Part shown: positions 57,825 through 64,000 of the stretch, piece by piece
Position numbering within the stretch: position 1 is the first letter of the stretch
How the letters are laid out: the number at the start of each line of letters is the position of its first letter
DNA from: an uncultured Verrucomicrobiae bacterium
GTDB taxonomy: Bacteria; Verrucomicrobiota; Verrucomicrobiia; Chthoniobacterales; Chthoniobacteraceae
Direction: 5' to 3'
Assembly (NCBI GenBank): GCA_963769025.1
Contig: CAVYKI010000009.1
Coordinates: forward strand, 800,001 to 864,000
Length of the DNA stretch: 64,000 bases
Notes under the pieces: generated by a model
Seen by the model: the letters and a program-made list of their open reading frames with translations, nothing else
What the model was told of the DNA's origin: nothing
Databases searched by the model: none
Position numbers and translations under genes: made by a program

Positions 57825-59204
57825 TCAGAAGAGCTCCGTGATCGGCCTTCGTGCCGAAGTCCACCAGCGGGAACGGGCGGCCTTGCGGACCGGGAAGGTG
57901 GGCATCGAGGTCGAGGCCGAGGCCGTGGAAAATGGTCGCGATGATTTCCTTCGGCTCGCACGGGACGCTCGGTCGGATAGCCGCCGATTTCGTCGCTCTT
58001 GCCGATGGCGCGCCCGCCTTTCACGCCGCCGCCGGCGAAGTAGACGCTCCAGCACTGCGGCCAGTGGTCGCGTCCGCCCGCTGGGATTCACCTTCGGCGT
58101 GCGGCCGAACTCCGCGAGGCACGCGACCATCGTGGTGTCGAGCATCCCGCGCTGGTGCAGGTCCTCGATGAGCGCGCTGTAGCCCTGGTCGTACATCGGC
58201 GCGACGATGTCCTTCATGCCGGCGATGCTCGTGAAGGGCTTCGAGCCGTGGATGTCCCAGGTGATTTCGTTGAAGACGGTGATGAACGTATTGAGCGTGA
58301 CGAAACGCACGCCCGCGCTCGACGAGCCGGCGCGCGAGCAGGCAGCACTGGCCGAAGCGGTTCATGCCGTAGCGCTCGCGGACGGCTGCGCGGCTCCTTG
58401 CTCAGATCGAACGCCTCGCGCGCGAGCGGCGACGTCATCAGCCGGTACGCGGCCTCGAAATTTGCATCCATGAGTTGCGCGTCCGGGCGACGCGTCGAAG
58501 TTCGCGCAGCGTGCCTTCGATCACTTCGCGCAACTTGCGGCGGCGATCGAGCCGCGCCTCGCCGATCTCCGCCGGCGGCAGCAGATCGGGCACGCGGAAG
58601 TCCGGCTTCGACGGATCGGCATTCAGCACGAACGGATCGTGGCTTTTCCCGAGGAAGCCCGCGTCCTGCCCGTGCGGCATGTTGCCGCCGGTCGGGCCCA
58701 TCGGCTCGGGGAGGATGACGTGCGCGGGCAGTTCGTTCGTGCGGCCCTTGCAGAAACTCATACACGCAGCCGGCGTGCGGCGTGTTGATGCCGCCGGTGA
58801 AAAGCCGGCCGGTCTGCATCATCTGATGCCCCGTGTCGTGCACCGCCGCCGCGGTGTGATGCACGCTGCGCACGATGCTGAATTTGTCCGCGATGGCCGC
58901 GTGCTTCGGAAAAATCTCGGTGATCTGGAAATCGCCCTTCGTCGAGATGGGCTTGAACGGCCCGCGCACTTCGCGCGGCGCATCCGGCTTCGGATCCCAG
59001 CAGTCGAGCTGCGACGGCGCGCCGAGATTGAAGATGAGGATGCACGCCTTTTCCTTCGCCGCGGACTTGGCGGCGGTGCGGCGCCGCAATCGCGAGGTCC
59101 GCGAGCGAAAAACCGAGCGCGCCGAGCGTGCCGACTTGCAGGAAGTCGCGGCGCGTGACGCCGTCGCAAGTGGTGATGGAACCGGGACCGGTGATTTTGA
59201 GCAT
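57825..59204 (-). CDS. DUF1501 domain protein with Tat-like signal (multiple frameshifts)
   Basis: [45 protein letters not shown]. Confidence 0.88.
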
Positions 59205-59366
59205 GGCTGGGAAAGAAGGGTGCGAATGGATAACCTGCTTCCAAGCGTTCGCCAAGGCGCTGTTTGACGCACGCAGCCGGATGAGGATGCACTTGCCGGA
59301 AGTCCGCGAAATGGGTCAATGAACGCGCATGAGCAAGGACACCACGAACGGCGCGGCGCGGACGCG

Positions 59367-60182
59367 ATGACGAACGCGCTCGCCAAGTACGCGAAGGTCT
59401 TCAACGTCGGCGCGCAGAACACGTTCGTCTATCGGTGGAATTTCATCTTCCGATCCGTCTTCGGCATCGTGCCGCTCATCGGGACGATCTTCCTGTGGAA
59501 GGCGATGTATGGCGGCGCCGGCGAGACCACCCTGAGCGGCTACACGTTCAGCCAGCTCATCCTCTATTTCGCGATGACCATCTTCGTGGAGAATCTCGTC
59601 ACGCCCACCGAGGACGAGTGGCAAATCGCCGGAGAGATACGCGACGGGAAGATGAGCTTTCTCCTGCTGAAGCCGGTGAATTACATGGCCTACCGCTTCA
59701 CGCTCTACGGGAGCTACCGGCTGCTCTACACGGCGGTCCTGCTGCCCGGAGTCGCGCTGATTTTCTTTTTCCTCCGCGAATATATCACGCTGCCCGCGAA
59801 TGCGGTCACGTGGCTGTACTTCGGGCTCAGCACCGCGATGGCGGCGCTCATCCAGTTCTTCATCGCGTATTCGATCGCCATGCTCGCGTTCTGGATTTTG
59901 GAAATTTCCACCGTCGTCTTCATGGTCTTCTCGGTGGAATATTTTCTGAGCGGACAAATCTTCCCGCTCGACATGCTGCCACGGTGGCTCGGGGACATCG
60001 TGAAATGGACTCCGTTTCCGTACGAGATGTATTTTCCCGTGCAGATTTTCATGGAGCGCGTGAGCGGCGCGGCGCTCATGCAAGGGCTGGCGATCCAGGC
60101 GTTCTGGGCCTTTGCAATGTGGCTGCTGGCGGTCGGGCTGTGGCGGCTCGGCATCCGGCGCTACCAGGCGGTGGGAGGATGA
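59367..60182 (+). CDS. ABC-2 type permease (DUF990-like)
   Basis: YRWNF, IRDG....LLKP, LSG..FPLD..P, YQAVGG end. Confidence 0.85.
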   Translation: MTNALAKYAKVFNVGAQNTFVYRWNFIFRSVFGIVPLIGTIFLWKAMYGGAGETTLSGYTFSQLILYFAMTIFVENLVTPTEDEWQIAGEIRDGKMSFLLLKPVNYMAYRFTLYGSYRLLYTAVLLPGVALIFFFLREYITLPANAVTWLYFGLSTAMAALIQFFIAYSIAMLAFWILEISTVVFMVFSVEYFLSGQIFPLDMLPRWLGDIVKWTPFPYEMYFPVQIFMERVSGAALMQGLAIQAFWAFAMWLLAVGLWRLGIRRYQAVGG

Positions 60183-60192
60183 ACGACGCACG

Positions 60193-60987
60193 ATGAACCG
60201 CTACCTGGCCATCTACCGTCTCACCGCGCGGAACTCGCTGATCCGCGAGATGAACTTCAAGCTGAACTTCCTCCTCTGGATGGTCGTGGAGTCGCTGTGG
60301 TTTGTCGGCCAGCTCGCATTCATCGAGGTGCTCTACGGCCAGGTGGATGACATCGGGGGGTGGTCGAAGTGGCAGGTCGTCGCACTCGTCGGCGTGCATC
60401 AGATCATCGCGCAGATTTTCCAGGCGTTCTTTTACATGAACCTCGCCACCCTCCCGGAACTCGTCCGCACCGGGCGGCTCGACCTCATGCTCACTCTGCC
60501 GATGGATGCGCAGTTCGCAGTCAGTACGCGGCAGGTGGCGTTTGACTGCGTCATCAATTCCTTTGTCGGCGTGGGCATCGTCACGCTCGCGCTCGTGAAA
60601 CTCGGCACGATGCCCAGCGTCTCGCAGTTCGCGCTGTTCGCACTCGCGGTTCCGTTCGGTGTCGCAGTGCATTACGCCGTCATGTTCGGGCTGTCGTGCA
60701 TTAGCTTCTGGTTCATCCGCGCGCAGAGTTTCATCCATGGTTACTTCAATCTCTTTCACATCGGCCGCTACCCGGAGGCGGTGTTCCGCGGTGTGTTCCG
60801 GTTCATCTTCACCTGGCTGGTGCCGATCATCCTCGTCTCAAATGTGCCTGCAAAAATCCTCACCCGGCCGACGGAATCACCACTGATCAGCCTCGCAACG
60901 CTCGCGCTCGCCACGGTGATCGTCCTCACTGCGACACGGGTCTTGTGGAAACGCGGACTGCGCCGGTATGGGAGCGCGAGTTCGTAG
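60193..60987 (+). CDS. ABC-2 type permease (DUF990-like), partner subunit
   Basis: IGGWS, VRTGRLD..L..P, RYP..VF, RYGSASS end. Confidence 0.85.
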   Translation: MNRYLAIYRLTARNSLIREMNFKLNFLLWMVVESLWFVGQLAFIEVLYGQVDDIGGWSKWQVVALVGVHQIIAQIFQAFFYMNLATLPELVRTGRLDLMLTLPMDAQFAVSTRQVAFDCVINSFVGVGIVTLALVKLGTMPSVSQFALFALAVPFGVAVHYAVMFGLSCISFWFIRAQSFIHGYFNLFHIGRYPEAVFRGVFRFIFTWLVPIILVSNVPAKILTRPTESPLISLATLALATVIVLTATRVLWKRGLRRYGSASS

Positions 60988-61095
60988 GCGCGCCGGGGCA
61001 ACGCGGGCAAAAATGTTGCCATTTACCCCTTGCGCCCCAGTGGTGAACTCCGTATCTATCCCGCCCTTTTCGTTCCAGGAGATCCAATTTTTACC

Positions 61096-61788
61096 ATGCC
61101 AAAATCGCAGCCCAAAAAAGCCGCCAAAAAGCCAGCCCCCAAGGTGAAGGCCGCCAAACCAGCGCCGAAAGCCGCGTTGAAGCGCGCGCCGAAGCCCGCG
61201 GCAAAACCGAAGGCGGCCAAGCCGGCGAAAGCCGGCAAGGTCAGCGCGAAGCCGGTTGCAACCCAAAGGCCGACGACGAGGCCGGATCCAAAGAAGCCGG
61301 TGAAACTCACGCCCTTTCTCAAGCAGCAGCGCGAACGCCTCATGGCCCTTCGCGACAGCATCCTCGACTCCATGGCCGGTGTCGCGAAGGACACGCTCCG
61401 CTCACGCCCTGAGGGCAGCGAGGCCAGCGCATTCGGAATGCACCAGGCAGATGCGGGCAGCGATGCCTACGACAAGGACTTCGCGCTCAGCCTCCTCTCG
61501 CAGGAGCAGGATGCACTTTATGAAATCGAGGAAGCCATCAAGCGCGTCGATGCCGGCACCTACGGCGTCTGCGAGATGAGCGGCAAGCCGATTCCGCATC
61601 CCCGGCTCGAGGCGCTTCCGTTTGCCCGCTTCACGGTCCAGTGCCAGACGGACCTCGAGAAGAACCGCCGCTTTCAGCGTTCCCGCGTCCCCGTCACATC
61701 GCTCTTCGGTCTCACCGAGAGCGAAGGCGAGTCCGACGGCGACGCCGACGAACCCGAAGAAACACCAGCAAAACCGCAGGAAGACTAA
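61096..61788 (+). CDS. dksA: DksA/TraR family protein with Lys/Ala/Pro-rich N-terminal tail
   Basis: GMHQADAGSD coiled-coil tip, IEEAIKRVD.GTYGVCE.SG.PI...RLEALP.A. Confidence 0.85.
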   Translation: MPKSQPKKAAKKPAPKVKAAKPAPKAALKRAPKPAAKPKAAKPAKAGKVSAKPVATQRPTTRPDPKKPVKLTPFLKQQRERLMALRDSILDSMAGVAKDTLRSRPEGSEASAFGMHQADAGSDAYDKDFALSLLSQEQDALYEIEEAIKRVDAGTYGVCEMSGKPIPHPRLEALPFARFTVQCQTDLEKNRRFQRSRVPVTSLFGLTESEGESDGDADEPEETPAKPQED

Positions 61789-61797
61789 ACAATCACC

Positions 61798-61971
61798 ATG
61801 GCACGCGACTTCATCATCCTCGAATGCACGGAGGCAAAGGCGGAGGGAAAACCCGTTTCCCGCTACATCTCCAAGCGCAACAAGAAGAGCCTCAACACAC
61901 CGAACCGGCTCGAGAAAAAGAAATACAACCCGAATCTGAAGCGCCGCACGCTTCACCGCGAAATCAAGTAA
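61798..61971 (+). CDS. rpmG: 50S ribosomal protein L33 (absent from the ORF track)
   Basis: [12 protein letters not shown]...SRY...NKK...[19 protein letters not shown], 57 aa. Confidence 0.93.
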   Translation: MARDFIILECTEAKAEGKPVSRYISKRNKKSLNTPNRLEKKKYNPNLKRRTLHREIK

Positions 61972-61972
61972 C

Positions 61973-62215
61973 ATGAGCCAGCCAAAAACACCCCAACGCC
62001 GCACCAATTTCCGCAAGGCCAACCGGTCGATGCCGCGCCGCCGAGTGGACATCGCCCTCGACGCCCTCGACTGGAAGAATCCGGAGCTGCTCAAGCGCTA
62101 CGTAACCGAGGCGGGCAAGATCCTGCCCCGTCGCATGACCGGCGTACCTGCCCGCTTCCACCGCAAAATCAACAACGCCATCAAGCGTGCCCGGCAGGCG
62201 CTCCTGATGCGCTAA
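61973..62215 (+). CDS. rpsR: 30S ribosomal protein S18
   Basis: DWKNPELLKRYVTE.GKILPRR.TG...AIKRAR; follows rpmG. Confidence 0.93.
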   Translation: MSQPKTPQRRTNFRKANRSMPRRRVDIALDALDWKNPELLKRYVTEAGKILPRRMTGVPARFHRKINNAIKRARQALLMR

Positions 62216-62244
62216 GGCGAAGGCTCTCGGGCCCGGCTTTCAAG

Positions 62245-62280
62245 GCGCGCCACCGACCCGGTGGCGCGCTTTCGCTTTTT
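62245..62280 (+). terminator. Intrinsic terminator after rpsR
   Basis: gcgcgccaccg-acc-cggtggcgcgc hairpin followed by tttcgcttttt. Confidence 0.75.
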
Positions 62281-62321
62281 GCAGCGGGACCGCATGCAAA
62301 CCGGGCGCGGGATTCCGTCCG

Positions 62322-63998
62322 CTATCTCGATCCGATCACGTTGGCGGGGCTGAAGCGCCGGACGCCAAGGATGCGGAATTTGTAAAACTGATCGAGCGTG
62401 GCGTCGGGTTGCGTGGCGAAATCGGGAATCGAAGGATCGCCGGTGTCCACGTAACGCTCGATCGCGGCAGAGCCCCGGTATTCGGCGGCGACGCTATCCG
62501 ATTCCTCGTTCCACACATTCTGGCCGGAGGGGTTGGAGGTCTTTCGCTTTTTCAAAACCTGCACGCGCATGTGGACGGTGAAGGAATTCGATTTGGTGGT
62601 GACGCGCGAGTAGATATGGCCGTAGGGAACTTCGCGCGCATTGTCACCGGTCAGGGCATAGCCGTTCCACCAGCCGCTGCGGAACTGGGCGAGCGTGATG
62701 CCCGCCGGCACAAGCGGCATGTCGCAGATTTCGGACGCGGTGCGGAACATGCCGCCCTTGCCAGGATCGTCGAAGCGCTCGTCGAATGCCTTGAGCGTCT
62801 CCGTGGCATCCACCTGCTTGCGGAGGACTGCATTGTAGGCGGACTTGTAGGTGCTCATCGCTCCATTCGGAATGGCGGTGATACGGACGGACTTGAGCAC
62901 GCCGTGGAGCGCGGTGGCGCGCTTGATGTAGGTGAACGGCGCGATCTGGCAGTTGAGGTTCACCTTGCCCGCAGTGGAGAATGGCTCGCTGATCGCGTAC
63001 GGCTCGACGACCGGCATGGTGAAAAAATCGAGGAACGCGTGGTCGTGCGGTTTGGTGAAGCCGGGATGCGATGCGCCCGCAGAGGGGTTTGCACCGAAGA
63101 GCAGGGTCCGCCATGGCTGCACGGGATTCGTCGCGGACCCGGCGGGGAGCGAACCAAAGACGACTGGCGAATTGATCTGGCGGTTCGGAGTGACGATGGG
63201 GGATGCCCACCAGTCGCCGCTGCCGTAGTAGTCGTCCGGCTTGTTTACATAACAACCATCCTGCCAGCCGGCGGGGCCGTTGTCCCAGTCGCCCAGATAG
63301 AGAGATGCGCCGTTCGACAACAGGGCGACCTTCGTTCCGCGCGCAACGATGGGATTGCCGGAACTGGCCGCGGGGGTGCCCGCACGTCCGTCAAAAAGAT
63401 CCCCGTGAAATTTCCCGCCGGTGACGGTCCCGCCATCACCGTTGCGCAGGCTGTGGACGATGGTGGCGTCGGAGGAATTGTAGCCAGGCCCATCCGCGCC
63501 GCCCTCGTATCCGGCATAGAAATTCGAAGGTACGATCTTTTGCGCGGTGACGATGCGGAGGTCGCCACGGGTGGGGCCCTTTGGATCCACCTGGAGGCTG
63601 CGCACGGTATCAGCGGTGTTGACGAGGTTGAACTTATTGGTGCCGATCCGGTTGTTGAAATCCGCATCCGCATCGGAATACCGAGGGACCGGCCAGGTAC
63701 CCGCGGGGAATCGGAGATTGACCGTCTGTACCAGTGTGTCGGCGCCCGGTGCGGTAGCGTAACCGGAGTGGATTTCGATCGTGACGTCGCCACCGCCAAA
63801 CTGAAACTTCCCCGAGTTCAGCTCCGGATTGATCGGAATGTCGTCGCTGACAAACGGGTAGTCCTTTTCCTCGTCAAACGTGACCGTGCCGGAAGGCTGG
63901 ATTTTCTTGGTATTGTCGCTCCCCGTGCCGGCCCAGTACCGGAACGCGGCAAAGGTCCCGGTGTGGGCGGTGTTGTGCGCGCCACCGCTGCCATAGCC
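62322..63998 (-). CDS. Verru_Chthon cassette protein A-like, C-terminal part (5' beyond window)
   Basis: Frame open to the window edge. YPFVS, PNRQI.SPVVFGSLP, PWRTLLF, DH..LD.F.MPVVEPYAISEPFSTAGKVN.N, TTKSN.FTVH..VQ, EYRGS..IERY. Confidence 0.85.
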   Translation of the reverse strand, partial: GYGSGGAHNTAHTGTFAAFRYWAGTGSDNTKKIQPSGTVTFDEEKDYPFVSDDIPINPELNSGKFQFGGGDVTIEIHSGYATAPGADTLVQTVNLRFPAGTWPVPRYSDADADFNNRIGTNKFNLVNTADTVRSLQVDPKGPTRGDLRIVTAQKIVPSNFYAGYEGGADGPGYNSSDATIVHSLRNGDGGTVTGGKFHGDLFDGRAGTPAASSGNPIVARGTKVALLSNGASLYLGDWDNGPAGWQDGCYVNKPDDYYGSGDWWASPIVTPNRQINSPVVFGSLPAGSATNPVQPWRTLLFGANPSAGASHPGFTKPHDHAFLDFFTMPVVEPYAISEPFSTAGKVNLNCQIAPFTYIKRATALHGVLKSVRITAIPNGAMSTYKSAYNAVLRKQVDATETLKAFDERFDDPGKGGMFRTASEICDMPLVPAGITLAQFRSGWWNGYALTGDNAREVPYGHIYSRVTTKSNSFTVHMRVQVLKKRKTSNPSGQNVWNEESDSVAAEYRGSAAIERYVDTGDPSIPDFATQPDATLDQFYKFRILGVRRFSPANVIGSR

Positions 63999-64000
63999 GC

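Noticed and set aside
11827..59204. Many split genes (lipA, GT2, helicase, rlmN, both kinases, both DUF1501, prs, halogenase, LOG, AKR, secA) as pseudogenes or programmed frameshifting
   Set aside because: The breaks are scattered 1-2 nt indels without shared slippery motifs or premature-stop decay, and they hit essential genes such as secA and prs. This is typical of long-read consensus error; read remapping would confirm.

Overview
GC-rich bacterial chromosomal DNA, most likely from Verrucomicrobiota (Chthoniobacterales-like). The evidence is a Verru_Chthon cassette A-type gene, two DUF1501 genes, PmoA-like, PQQ-propeller and prenyltransferase-repeat genes, and weak Shine-Dalgarno use. The window is mostly core and housekeeping genes: dusB, speA, lipA, rlmN, prs-rplY-pth-rpsF-ssb, ridA-pyrE-secA and dksA-rpmG-rpsR. 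It also holds one intact IS5-family element, a roughly 8.4 kb two-component signalling island with an embedded PUR-domain RNA/ssDNA-binding gene, a flavin-dependent halogenase next to a CxxCH-bearing secreted toroid protein, a CbiX-like/DR2241/amidohydrolase operon and a uxaE-linked sugar catabolism cluster. Many genes, including essential ones (secA, prs, lipA), carry 1-2 nt frameshifts. These are best explained as long-read consensus errors, so they are reported as whole CDSs. I saw no rRNA, tRNA, CRISPR array, prophage or recognisable defence system. No single unambiguous novel system stands out. The best leads are the PUR gene in the signalling island, an unannotated 34-aa basic ORF, the halogenase pair and the CbiX/DR2241 operon. 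All family calls come from motif recognition by eye, not database searches.
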